Part shown: positions 50,419 through 62,938 of the stretch, in pieces
Layout: every line of letters begins with the position of its first letter
Numbering within the stretch: the stretch's first letter is position 1
Source: the human T2T-CHM13v2.0 reference genome, Homo sapiens
NCBI RefSeq assembly: GCF_009914755.1
Contig: NC_060929.1
Direction: 5' to 3' (one strand)
Length of the DNA stretch: 64,000 nt
The notes under the pieces: model-generated
Databases searched by the model: none
What the model saw: the letters and a program-made list of their open reading frames with translations, nothing else
Told to the model about the DNA's origin: nothing
Made by a program: the position numbers and the translations under genes

Positions 50419-51050
50419 TGAACTCCTGATCTCAGGTGATCTGCCCGCCTTGGCCTGCCACAGTGCTGGGATTACAGTCGTGAGCCACCACAGCTGGCCT
50501 GGGAAAGTCCATTTTTTTTTTTTTTTTTTTTTAAATTTATTTTTTTATTGATAATTCTTGGGTGTTTCTCACAGAGGGGGATTTGGCAGGGTCATGGGAC
50601 AATAGTGGAGGGAAGGTCAGCAGATAAACAAGTGAACAAAGGTCTCTGGTTTTCCTAGGCAGAGGACCCTGCGGCCTTCCGCAGTGTTTGTGTCCCTGAT
50701 TACTTGAGATTAGGGATTGGTGATGACTCTTAACGAGCATGCTGCCTTCAAGCATCTGTTTAACAAAGCACATCTTGCACCGCCCTTAATCCATTTAACC
50801 CTGAGTGGACACAGCACATGTTTCAGAGAGCACAGGGTTGGGGGTAAGGTCACAGATCAACAGGATCCCAAGGCAGAGGAATTTTTCTTAGTGCAGAACA
50901 AAATGAAAAGTCTCCCATGTCTACTTCTTTCTACACAGACACGGCAACCATCCGATTTCTCAATCTTTTCCCCACCTTTCCCGCCTTTCTATTCCACAAA
51001 GCCGCCATTGTCATCCTGGCCCGTTCTCAATGAGCTGTTGGGCACACCTC

Positions 51051-53560
51051 CCAGACGGGGTGGTGGCCGGGCAGAGGGGCTCCTCACTTCCCAGTAGGGG
51101 CGGCTGGGCAGAGGCGCCCCTCACCTCCCGGACGGGGCGGCTGGCCGGGCAGGGGGGCTGACCCCCCCCACCTCCCTCCTGGACGGGGCGGCTGGCCGGG
51201 CGGGGGGCTGACCCCCCAACCTCCCTCCCGGACGGGGCGGCTGGCCGGGCGGGGGGCTGACCCCCCCACCTCCCTCCCGGACGGGGCGGCTGGCCGGGCA
51301 GAGGGGCTCCTCACTTCCCAGTAGGGGCGGCCGGGCAGAGGCGCCCCTCACCTCCCGGACAGGGCGGCTGGCCGGACGGGGGGCCGACCCCCCCACCTCC
51401 CTCCCGGACGGGGCGGCTGGCCGGGCGGGGGGCCGACCCCCCCACCTCCCTCCCGGACGGGGCGGCTGGCCGGGCAGAGGGGCTCCTCACTTCCCAGTAG
51501 GGGCGGCCGGGCAGAGGCGCCCCTCACCTCCCGGACAGGGCGGCTGGCTGGGCGGGGGGGCTGACCCCCCCCCCCACCTCCCTCCCGGACGGGGCGGCTG
51601 GCCGGGCGGGGGGCTGACCCCCCCACCTCCCTCCCGGACGGGGCGGCTGGCCGGGCAGAGGGGCTCCTCACTTCCCAGTAGGGGCGGCCGAGCAGAGGCG
51701 CCCCTCACCTCCCAGACGGGGCGGCTGGCCGGGCAGGGGGGCCGACCCCCCCCCCACCTCCCTCCCGGACAGGGCGGCTGGCCGGGCGGGGGGCCGACCC
51801 CCCCACCTCCCTCCCGGACGGGGCGGCTGGCCGGGCGGGGGGCCGACCCCCCCACCTCCCTCCCGGACGGGGCGGCTGGCCGGGCAGAGGGGCTCCTCAC
51901 TTCCCAGTAGGGGCGGCCGGGCAGAGGCGCCCCTCACCTCCCGGACAGGGCGGCTGGCTGGGCGGGGGGGCTGACCCCCCCCAACCTCCCTCCCGGACGG
52001 GGCGGCTGGCCGGGCGGGGGGCTGACCCCCCCACCTCCCTCCCGGACGGGGCGGCTGGCCGGGCAGAGGGGCTCCTCACTTCCCAGTAGGGGCGGCCGGG
52101 CAGAGGCGCCCCTCACCTCCCAGACGGGGCGGCTGGCCGGGCGGAGGGCTGACCCCCCCACCTCCCTCCCGGACGGGGCGGCTGGCCGGGCAGAGGGGCT
52201 CCTCACTTCCCAGTAGGGGCGGCTGGGCAGAGGCGCCCCTCACCTCCCAGACGGGGTGGCTGGCCGGGCGGAGGGCTGACCCCCCCACCTCCCTCCCGGA
52301 CGGGGCGGCTGGCCAGGCGGGGGGCTGACCCCCCTACCTCCCTACCGGACGGGGCGGCTGGCCGGGTGGGGGGGCTGACCCCCCCATCTCCCTCCCGGAC
52401 GGGGTGGCTGGCCGGGCTGAGGGGCTCCTCACTTCCCAGTAGGGGCGGCCGGGCAGAGGCGCCCCTCACCTCCCAGACGGGGCGGCTGGCCGGGCGGAGG
52501 GCTGACCCCCCCACCTCCCTCCCCGACAGGGCGGCTGGCCGGGCGGGGGGCTGACCCCCCCACCTCCCTCCCGGACGGGGCGGCTGGCCGGGCAGAGGGG
52601 CTCCTCACTTCCCAGTAGGGGCGGCTGGGCAGAGGCGCCCCTCACCTCCCAGACGGGGCGGCTGGCCGGGCGGAGGGCTGACCCCCCCACCTCCCTCCCG
52701 GACGGGGCGGCTGGCCAGGCGGGGGGCTGACCCCCCTACCTCCCTACCGGACGGGGCGGCTGGCCGGGTGGGGGGGCTGACCCCCCCATCTCCCTCCCGG
52801 ACGGGGTGGCTGGCCGGGCTGAGGGGCTCCTCACTTCCCAGTAGGGGCGGCCGGGCAGAGGCGCCCCTCACCTCCCGGACGGGGCGGCTGGCCGGGCGGG
52901 GGGCTGACCCCCCCACCTCCCTCCCGGATGGCACGGCTGGCCAGGCGGGGGGCTGACCCCCCCACCTCCCTCCCGGATGGCACGGCTGGCCGGGCGGGGG
53001 GGCTGACCCCCACCTCCCTCCCGGATGGGGCGGCTGGCCGGGCGGGGGCTGACCCCCCCCCACCTCCCTCCCGGACTGGGTGGCTGCCGGGCGGAGACGC
53101 TCCTCACTTCCCAGATGGGGTGGCTGCCGGGCGGAGAGGCTCCTCACTTCTCAGACGGGGCAGCTGCCGGGCGGAGGGGCTCCTCACTTCTCAGACGGGG
53201 TGGTTGCCAGGCAGAGGGTCTCCTCACTTCTCAGACGGGGCGGCCGGGCAGAGACGCTCCTCACCTCCCAGACGGGGTCTCGGCCGGGCAGAGGCGCTCC
53301 TCACATCCCAGATGGGGCGGCGGGGCAGAGGCGCTCCCCACATCTCAGACGATGGGCGGCCGGGCAGAGACGCTCCTCACTTCCTAGATGTGATGGCGGC
53401 TGGGAAGAGGCGCTCCTCACTTCCTAGATGGGATGGCGGCCGGGCGGAGACGCTCCTCACTTTCCAGACTGGGCAGCCAGGCAGAGGGGCTCCTCACATC
53501 CCAGACGATGGGCGGCCAGGCAGAGACACTCCTCACTTCCCAGATGGGGTGGCAGCCGGG
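51051..53560 (-). repeat. SVA VNTR (about 2.5 kb GC-rich tandem units)
   Basis: Recurring units such as cctccctcccggacggggcggctggccgggc and gctcctcacttcccagtagggg. Confidence 0.95.
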
Positions 53561-53603
53561 CAGAGGCTGCAATCTCGGCACTTTGGGAGGCCAAGGCAGG
53601 CGG

Positions 53604-53967
53604 CTGCTCCTTGCCCTCGGGCCCCGCGGGGCCCGTCCGCTCCTCCAGCCGCTGCCTCCCGGGCGGCGCTCGCCGGCGCGGCGGCAAAGACTGAGACAGC
53701 TCCGCTGCCCGCTGAACTCCATCCTCCTGGCGGTCGGGCGGCGGCGGCTGCGGTCGGTCGCGGCAGCGGCTCCGCTTCATATCTGCAGCTGGGGCCCGCG
53801 GGCGTCAGCGCCGCGACTGTCCTGGCTCCGCACTGCCCCGGGCCGCAGCGCAGCCGCGCCAACCACCAGCCGCGGCCACCATGGCCAGACGGGCTCCCTA
53901 AGCCACCGACCCCAGCCCGCGGCGCCTTCGACCCTTCTGGGGCCTCCGGCGCCGCGACCTCCTCTGC
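53604..53967 (-). pseudogene. MAST2: Transduced MAST2 exon 1 fragment (364 bp) spliced into the SVA
   Basis: Encodes MKRSRCRDRPQPPPPDR...GPAGPEGKEQ, the MAST2 N-terminus, joined at GAGCAG|CCGCCTGCC to the SVA Alu-like region. Confidence 0.92.
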
Positions 53968-54284
53968 CTGAAATTTCTTTTTTCTTTTCCTTTTATTTTA
54001 TTTTATTTTTTGAGACGGAGTCTTGCTCTGTTGTCTGGGTGGAGTGCAGTGGTGCAATCTCGGCTCACTGCAACCTCTGCCTCCCAGGTTGAAGCGATTT
54101 TCCTGCCTCAGCCTCAGCCTCCTGAGTAGCTGGGACTACAGGTGTGCACCACCACGCCCAGCTATTTTTGTTTGTTTGTTTTTAGTAGAGAAGGGGTTTC
54201 ACCATGTTGGCCAGGATCATCTCAATCTCTTGACCTCATGATCCGCCCACCTCAGCCTCCCAAAGCGCTGGGATTATAGGTGTC

Positions 54285-54428
54285 TGCTTGGCTAATTTTT
54301 AAAAATTTCGTAGAGACAGGGTCTTGTTATGTTGCCCAGGCTGGTTTTGAACTGCTGATCTCAGGTGATCCTCCTGCTTTGGCCTCCCAAAGCACTGGGA
54401 TTATAGGCATGAGCCACTGCACCCAGCC
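54285..54428 (-). mobile_element. Host AluJ-like element, left arm (continues 49862-50021)
   Basis: Resumes at the duplicated linker and completes the Alu. Confidence 0.88.
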
Positions 54429-54885
54429 TCAAAATAGTTAAAAAAATTAAACCCTTCTTTTAACTTCTATATCTACCTCCTTAATTGGCTATATTGACCT
54501 AAGATATTCCATTATATTAACTTTAAAAAAAAAAAAAACCTAAATGTATTTTTGCATACCTTGCAATAATATCCCTCATCACAAATCTGCCTTAATCTTT
54601 ATAACAGCTGTATCCTCGTTTGGATCTCAGGTACAGCCCCAACATGACAATTTATTGCTCATCTGTTCATTCCTACCCTTTTTCCTGTAAGTGCTCCATT
54701 TTCATAAAATCTTATTTTTCACTCTGATGATGGTTGCTATGCTTGTGGCCTTCCTGCAGGCTCTTGTGAGGACTGAATGTGAGGCTTTGCTTACCAGCTC
54801 TTTCTAAAATATATAAATAGCCCAGAGAGTCTTCTAAAATTGGGGGCTCAAATCCACAAATGACATGTTATTTGAAAATACTGGA

Positions 54886-54891
54886 TTTAAT
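54886..54891 (-). terminator. GNPDA1: Probable GNPDA1 poly(A) signal (ATTAAA)
   Basis: tttaat on plus, about 1.3 kb after the stop; GT-rich element (ATGTCATTTGTGG) downstream on minus. Confidence 0.6.
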
Positions 54892-56226
54892 AGAAAATAT
54901 CACATTGTAAACAAATCCATTGATCCATGAGCTTAAAACAGAATGACGGCACAATCACATAGAAAAGCTAAAGACAAAACACTGGTACCAAACATAGCCC
55001 TTAGGCCTGGGCTAGGCTCTCAAAGGTCTTTCCCAGAAATGGAGGCAGCAGTAGCTTCAAACAGGCACAAAAACAGCCAGGAGGAGGCAGCATCCACTCC
55101 ATGAAGGCCTAAGACAATGAAAGGAAGCCAGAGCAACAGACCACCTTGGGATCCGGGGAGAAGGGTAAATGGGCAAAAGGGTTGTATTTCCTGATGCTCT
55201 CAGAACATCAGACCACACCATGTGAATTTAAGCAGGACTATTTTAAGTGGGGAAACAATACTAGAAGCATTTGGTGTATTTTCCTGGCACTCACCTCCTA
55301 GGTAAGCAGGAGAGCGGGACACTCAGGAGTTGTGACTAAACTCACACTTAAGCTGCCTGTCCAGACCGTCCCCTTGGCTGAACACAACACTGAAATTGTG
55401 GCAGTGTCTGTTGCCCCAGTGGACCTCCCACTTACTAATGAGTATGTAAAACAGAGGAGCCACAGTGAGGCCTTTCACAAAAACACAGGGCTCTGGGGGA
55501 AAAACGGCTTCCACCTTCTGCCTTTTGGTGCTGGAGAGTCCCTGAGGGAGAGAAGTTTGACGTGGCTGGGCCCCTTGAGGCTCTGGATTTATCAATAGAA
55601 GCCTCCTCTTTGGCCCCACCCACCCAAATCCACCCCCAGGTTCTCCTAGTTCAGAGAAAAGCTGTGAAAGTGGAAGAAGGAAGGGATCGTTTTCTTTCCA
55701 TTGCACTTGTTACTGACCAAAGAGACTGCTTCCTTGCACTTATTTTAGATATTGAGAGTTTGTGCCTTCACTTGGAACAATGGTTCTCAACCAAGGGGCA
55801 GGCCTGTGCAAGAAGGACTCTCAAGACTCTTCAAAGAGGTGGTATCCAATATACATAAGCCCCTAATTCCCTCCCACTTGAAAATCAGTGCGTGTAAGGA
55901 GAGAAATTCCTGACGGGAGTGTGTCATATGTGTGAACCATGGCTGAAGCAGAACAAAAAGTTTAAAACTCCCAACCTGGGTTTGGCAGACATCAAAATGA
56001 TGGAGTACATTTTGCAGATATTTTTTTTCTGATTAAGTTACAAACATTCTCCCTATAGCTAAACTCCGTGACTAGGCTCCCAGCCTCATGGCCAAGAACA
56101 ATAAGTTCACCCACTTATCTGGAGTAACCATACTAGATTAAAGAAATACAATTCTTTCTTCTAAAGACAATTTCCAGAAAGACCTGCCTTTCCCTATGGG
56201 TACTTGACACTAGGTCCCAGCACAGG

Positions 56227-56327
56227 CTAATCGCTGTATGGTTTCTTCGAAGATTGGCTTTTCTCAGTTTCTTTCTCTTTGATACTGTACAAGGGGTCCA
56301 CCAACTTGTTATGAACAAGCATTAAAC
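56227..56327 (-). CDS. GNPDA1: GNPDA1 last coding exon (GLMLVHNKLVDPLYSIKEKETEKSQSSKKPYSD*)
   Basis: TTTTTTGTAG| acceptor; 101 nt; recognisable GNPDA1 C-terminus. Confidence 0.95.
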
Positions 56328-56668
56328 CTACAAAAAATTAAAAACAAAAAGTAGTTAATTCAGGCAGTGGCAAGAGTTCCTTGATTATCAATCATAACAT
56401 CCAGGAGCTCTCAAATTTTGTCTTAGAGCTGACACTTCTCTCTTTTCTCTATGATCCCCAAATGATAAACACCCTAAGAGTACAAAAAGAGTTATTCACA
56501 GTGAGTACTACATTCATGGAACTTTTATAAATTCAATCACTATGGGAGTTGGCTATTTAAAGGTTAGTCTTTTCAGCAAAGGACAAATTCCTAATTGACC
56601 TACTTGAGTAAAAGAGGATTTTCACATGTTTGCCTAAAGCAGTGTGCATCCTTTTAAAGTAAAAGAAG

Positions 56669-57019
<351 letters not shown>

Positions 57020-57285
57020 TTAATGGCACTGTGAGGTCACCACATAGTCCTTGGACCACATTGCGTTTTCTTTCCTCCTCCTCAGAGCAAACAGATCTCC
57101 AGAAGTGGATCTTTGCAGTCACAGGCAGAAGAGAAATGACTGTGTAGTGTGATGCAGTTGGGTTTGATATTTCTTAAGATTACAGTTGTCAATTAAAATG
57201 ACCAGAGGATGAAAGCCGGATCTACTCCTTACTCCTAGCACACCCTAAGCTTGACCACCTCCTCCTGGACCCACACCTCCCTCAC

Positions 57286-57460
57286 CTTTGAAATACTTGA
57301 CAGTCTTCACTTTCAGCTCCAAGGTGGCATCCTCGTCACACACAAACACGGTGCGGGGATGCTGCTGGAAGGCAGACACGGTCCACATGTGGTTCACTCC
57401 CTCCTCGATGGCCTTGTACAGAGCAAATGCCTTGTGAGCACCTGTGATAAGGATCATCAC
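57286..57460 (-). CDS. GNPDA1: GNPDA1 coding exon ([34 protein letters not shown]...)
   Basis: CAG| acceptor and AAG|GTGAG donor; 175 nt; NagB-family motif. Confidence 0.96.
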
Positions 57461-59129
57461 CTGGGGATCAGAAAACAAGTCTGTGATGGAGGGGAGCATT
57501 CCAGACACCCTAAACAGTTGTAAGGATGATTGTTTTTCATATCACATTGTAAGTGGTTACCATGCAACATACTTTTGCTCAGTGCTCCCTGTGCTTTATC
57601 ACACAAATAACCCGAGGCAGGCAGCATCATTATCTCCATCTTATAAGAAAACAGAGCCCCGGGGGGTTAAATAACTTGCCCAGGGTCATTTATGACCCCA
57701 AAGTTCATGTTCTTGACTACCACGTGACAGTGCCTCCAGGTATCTTTGATGATGACTATGAAGGTGCCCTGTAAACAGACATGCCATGCCCAGGCCTGCT
57801 ATCCCATCAGCTGGGTGACTCTACACAAGCACAGTTTGTGAAAGAGGGCTCCCAACCTGCACCACCAGCAAGGGCACTTTGCAAGCAATGGTGGGAGTTA
57901 TCTGTGGGGCCTCTAAGGCTGAATCCCAGAAAGGTTGCCCCATTATCTGGTCACTTTCAGTTCACAGCATTAAACCTATGAACTAATGTGACTTGGGGTG
58001 ATGGTTTTTGTTAATATATAATAAAACAAAGGCACAGTCTCCACTTAACAGTTAAAATATCGAGAATGTAAGTGATCTTAAAGAACTCAGCTCTATTCAA
58101 GGGCAGGAAAAGAGAAAAAAACTCAGTTCTGTAGATTTCCTTTCATTTTAATTCACATGTGCCACAGAGTTGTGAACAGGATTTACTGTTCCTTTCTTAA
58201 AAGATTAGAATGCAGAAGCAGAGAGGGAATGTGACTATTTCTTCCGGACCCCTCAGCAACCCAGAACTCTTTAGAAAAGATAATTTCCTGATTTCCAGCC
58301 CCAGGTCCTTTCCCAGATCAAGATGCCCTCATGATAAAGACGGCCCTAAACCTGTTTCCAAGCTGCAGAGCTAAAAACAGCGAGTAAACACCCCCACCCC
58401 ACGTACTGATTGAAGATTACCCAACAGAAATCTGGGTGCCATCACTCATTTCACAAAAGTTCACTTTAAACAGGGAAGTTTTCACTGATTTAGATGCTTG
58501 TTTATTGGCTTGGGCAAAGAAATGTAAATCTAACATGTCTATACACGTCAGAAAGGAAGAGAAAATGCTTCTAAAGTTCTAATGAAAATAAGGAAATTGG
58601 AACCACAAAAAATTCACATTCAAATGATAGCCAATTTTTTAGGGGAAAAGCTAAATTCAGTTTAAAACACTTATATTTTAATCATACTTCACCACATTTA
58701 TTAATCTCTGAGCACGGGGCTAGAAGCACAAGCATCCTTGGTGTCCCAACAGTGACCTCTACCAACTACAAGGAACAAGGGAACCCCTCTCTCCATACCT
58801 GGTCAGGTACAAATATTCCAACATTAGCGATGCTGGCCTCCTCTCTGCCTGTGAAAAGCATGAAAGGGGCCTGAGGCCAGAGAGCCTGCTGTCTCAGGCA
58901 GTCAGCCAAAGGCACCAAAAACGTGCTCAAGGGATTCACCTCACACTGGGAATAATGATGTCTTCCAAAGACGCAAGAGGAACAGTGAGTAACAGGGTCA
59001 GCAGGGATTTTAGCCTTATTTACCATGCCTTCATCTTTAATAAGAATGTAGGTGGTACCAGTATAGTTAAGATTAACAAGAGAAAGACAAGTCCACCAGC
59101 GCAAGCTGGTGGGGCCCTTATGCCCTTAC

Positions 59130-59314
59130 CTCTCTAGCATCCATGACAGTGCCCACCCCCACCGTCAAGGCCATGGTGGGCACCTTGGTGAGTTCTCCAT
59201 CGAAGAACCTAGCATTGGCCAGGATGGTATCCATGGCCAGCGTCTTCACACGGGTCCTGGACACCAGACTGGAGCCTGGCTCGTTGAAGGCAATGTGTCC
59301 ATCAGGGCCGATGC
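59130..59314 (-). CDS. GNPDA1: GNPDA1 coding exon ([17 protein letters not shown]..., catalytic motif)
   Basis: TAG| acceptor and GAG|GTAAG donor; 185 nt; glucosamine-6-phosphate deaminase signature [11 protein letters not shown]. Confidence 0.96.
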
Positions 59315-60341
59315 CTATAGGGAGAGAGCCCGTGCAGCCCTGTCAGTCCCAGGGATCCAAGATTTCAAGAATGGACAATCTCTCCTTCCCTAACTAGGGT
59401 CTGAAGAAAAATCATTGAAAGCTGTGTCACCTTTCTCATTTGCAGCCCTGGGCAGGTACACCTTAAACATGTGATCTGTCCCCCTCCCTACCATTTCTTT
59501 CTCTTTGCCATACTGTCTCAGAGGAGACCCTCCCCATCATGTCTATCTGAGGCACACACAGACATTGTTAACTTGCTATCACCCTCAAAAAGCTGAGGAG
59601 GAAACACTCCAAACAGCTTCTGCCTCCCCAGATTGTCAGAAAAGTGGACCTTCTCTGTCTCTTCTGTCTGTAGTTAGAGGGTCCTGCTGCTGGGATAGAG
59701 GTGCAGTGAACAAAACACCCAGAGAACCTGGACAGGGGCTGCCAAGGTTCTAAAATCTCAGAGGATGAGAGGTCCTGCCCCCCTCCTCCCCACCTTGAAG
59801 TATAGAAGAGTGATCTCTAGAGCAATAAAAGGCAGTTCAATGTTACCCCTCATGGGTAACTCCAGAGGTGGCGATAGATGGACACACAGAAGGGCAGCCC
59901 AGAGGACCCGAGCACAAATCCAAGAAGCACACACTTGCTCCCACCTGTGAACCTTGAGTGAGTCACCTAACTTCTCTGGGGTTCAACTGGCTATCTACAG
60001 GGGCTGTGTGGAGCCTTCCGGAACTACATGAGTCCATGATGTTAAATGTTTAGATAAGTTCCAGGACTGATCCATAAAACCTTAAGACTGGGGAGTAGAC
60101 AGAATCTCAGAGTCCAAACCCAAACCTCTCAGTTTACAGACAAGGCATCAAACTGCAGAAAGAGATCTCCAAGATAACATAGTTCCTGAGTAACAGAGCC
60201 AGGCAGGGCCCATTTCTCCCGCCTCTGTCTCTACGGTCACTAGCACACCCAGAAGAAGCTGTCTGCAGACAGGCATTGTGTCTTGTCCTCCTTCCCACGG
60301 GTCTGGCCCTGGACATGTGTGCTGCAGAGTGTCAAGCTCAC

Positions 60342-60524
60342 CTCCAACAAATAGCTCGATCCCACCTGCAGCCTTGATCTTCTCTTCAAAGGCATCACAT
60401 TCTGCCTGTAGGTCGACTGCATTCCCATCCAGAATGTGGGTGTTTTCTGGGTGGATGTCAATGTGCTTGAAGAAGTTGTTCCACATGAAGGAGTGGTAAC
60501 TCTCCGGGTGGTCTCGAGGAAGGC
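60342..60524 (-). CDS. GNPDA1: GNPDA1 coding exon ([24 protein letters not shown]...)
   Basis: CAG| acceptor and GAG|GTGAG donor; 183 nt. Confidence 0.96.
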
Positions 60525-61059
60525 CTGTGGGGCCGTGAGACACTCGGTTATGCCTAGGCCAAGCCAAAGCCCCTCTCCTAAGAAGGATGCCAGGACACCA
60601 TGCTGACCTACAGAGACACTCCCAGGGGTCTGCCCATCTGGGAGCCTTAGGCACCAGCCCTCTGACCCCTAGCCACTCGGCACAGGCTGAGCCAGTATCC
60701 ATAAGTGTCCACCCACCCAGTACCACCATCTGTGGCCACAGGGCTTGGCCAGAGTAACTGCACACCAAGGGCCTGGGAAATCCCCACATTCTGATCTGCT
60801 TTTCATAAGGCAATGACCATAGGTTAGAGGCTGGGGACACTCTGGCCACCTGGGGTAGGGCTGGACTCATCTTAGAAAGCAAGCAAGCACACCCCTCACC
60901 CTGTGCCTCTCAACCCACCATCCACTCCCAGTTCTACCCCACTCAGCCTGAATAAATCCCAGCTTGAACACCAGGTGGTTAGAGAGAACTATCTTAGGGC
61001 TTCCCCAGATCAACTTTTTTTTTTTTGGCCAGGAAAAAAAAATAATGTTTAATGTTAAG

Positions 61060-61452
61060 CATTAAGAATATGTAAAATCAGCCTTAAAAAGGAAGGAAAT
61101 TTTGACACACACTACAACAATGGATGAACCTTGTGGACTTTATGCTAGGTGTAAGAAGCCAGTCAAAAAGACAAATACTTTATGATTCCAGTTATATACT
61201 CTAGTTTGATTCTAGAGTAGTCAAATTCATAGAAACAGACAGTAAAATGGTGGTTTCCGTGGCTGGTGAAGTGGGAAATGAGAAGTTGTTGTTTCACGGG
61301 TATAGAGCCTGAGTCTTACAAGATGAAAAGAGTTCTGGAAATTGGTTGCACAACAATGTGAATGCACTTAACACTACTGAACTATACACAGAAAGGTGGT
61401 TAAGATGGTAAATGTCATGTTACATGTATTTTACCACAATTTTTTTTTTAAA
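61060..61452 (+). mobile_element. L1M 3' end remnant
   Basis: ccttaaaaaggaaggaaattttgacacac...gcacaacaatgtgaatgcacttaacactactgaact. Confidence 0.75.
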
Positions 61453-61991
61453 AAAAGGATGTTTAAAATGAAGCTATTACAAAAGGACTGGGTGAGGGAG
61501 AGGTGATAGAAGACCAAGGTATAGTCTTTCAGCAGCAGGAAGGATACCAATCTCAGGTCCCCTTCAAGTGTACCTGGCAGAAAGGGGAGCTGGAGGCCAC
61601 ACACAGAAGAGAAAGCACAGACACAGATCCTAGGGGAAACACCCGAGCCAGGATCCCACTTGCAATCATTTGTTCCAGAAAGAAATGGAATGGAGTTGAG
61701 GAGCAGGCAGAGGAGAAGGAGATACTCTAATATTTATTAAGTATTTGTTATGTATAAGAAACTTCCACATCTTTTATCATAAAAGCATTAAATGAATTTA
61801 ATGCTTACAACCTGTGAGGTCAGCTTTATTAGCCCCATTTTATAGCTGAGTAAACCAAGAGGTAAGTATTGATAATTGAGCCTATCATCAAATGTCACTG
61901 GCTCCCCGATTCCTCTCCAGGACTGGGCCAATGAGAGGAGGAGCATCACTCTCCTAGAATCAGCAAAGAACCTTGAAAGAGAAAGACTCAC

Positions 61992-62093
61992 CCACGTACT
62001 CATCCATGTTGAAGGTCTTCACATATTTAAAGGACAGGTCCCCATTCTTATAGTATTCAATCAGCTTCTTGTAGCAGCCAAGTGGGGTACTCC
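61992..62093 (-). CDS. GNPDA1: GNPDA1 coding exon ([34 protein letters not shown])
   Basis: CAG| acceptor and TGG|GTGAGT donor; 102 nt; GSTP and FNMDEY motifs. Upstream exons lie outside the window. Confidence 0.96.
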
Positions 62094-62641
62094 CTGCAAG
62101 AGTGGCCACACCCATGAACACCCCTTGCACCCCAAGTCTGGAAGCCCGGAGGGTTCACAGGAATAAGTCAGGGCTGCTCACAGGGAGAACCTGTCAGATC
62201 TGAAGTCCTACCCAGTACTCCAATCCTAACTGCCATCCATCCATTAATTGCTTGTTTAATGCCTATTTTGCCACTAGACTGTAAGCTCCAGGAGGGCAGG
62301 ACTGTGTCTGCCTTGATCACTGCTGAATCTCCCAGTATCCAGCACACTGATGACTGAAATCACTCTGATTAGTACCTGAGTGAACATCAGACTTCATTAT
62401 TGACATGATACTCCCTGAACAAGTAATATGTGCAAGGCACAGGGCCATGTGATAAGGACACAGGGGAGCAAGGGACAGTAGCTACTCTAAGATAACTCAC
62501 TATTTAGGGGTAGAACACAAAGCAGGAACGTCAGTTGTGATAGGGTAAAGCACAGGCTCACCCAGTGCTTCAGGGTTCAAGGAAGACTTCCCTGAGGAGC
62601 AGCGAAGCCCTAGTTGAGTCTCATTAAAAAGTCAATGTCAT

Positions 62642-62938
<297 letters not shown>

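Noticed and set aside
51051-53560. Regular GC-rich repeat array with many ORFs, superficially CRISPR-like or coding
   Set aside because: No unique spacers; flanked by SINE-R and Alu-like sequence, so this is the SVA VNTR.
52928-54092. 347-aa and 219-aa plus-strand ORFs
   Set aside because: Antisense to the SVA VNTR and MAST2 segment; GC-driven artefacts.
60148-60882. 244-aa minus-strand ORF
   Set aside because: Only 60342-60524 is a GNPDA1 exon; the rest is open intronic flank.
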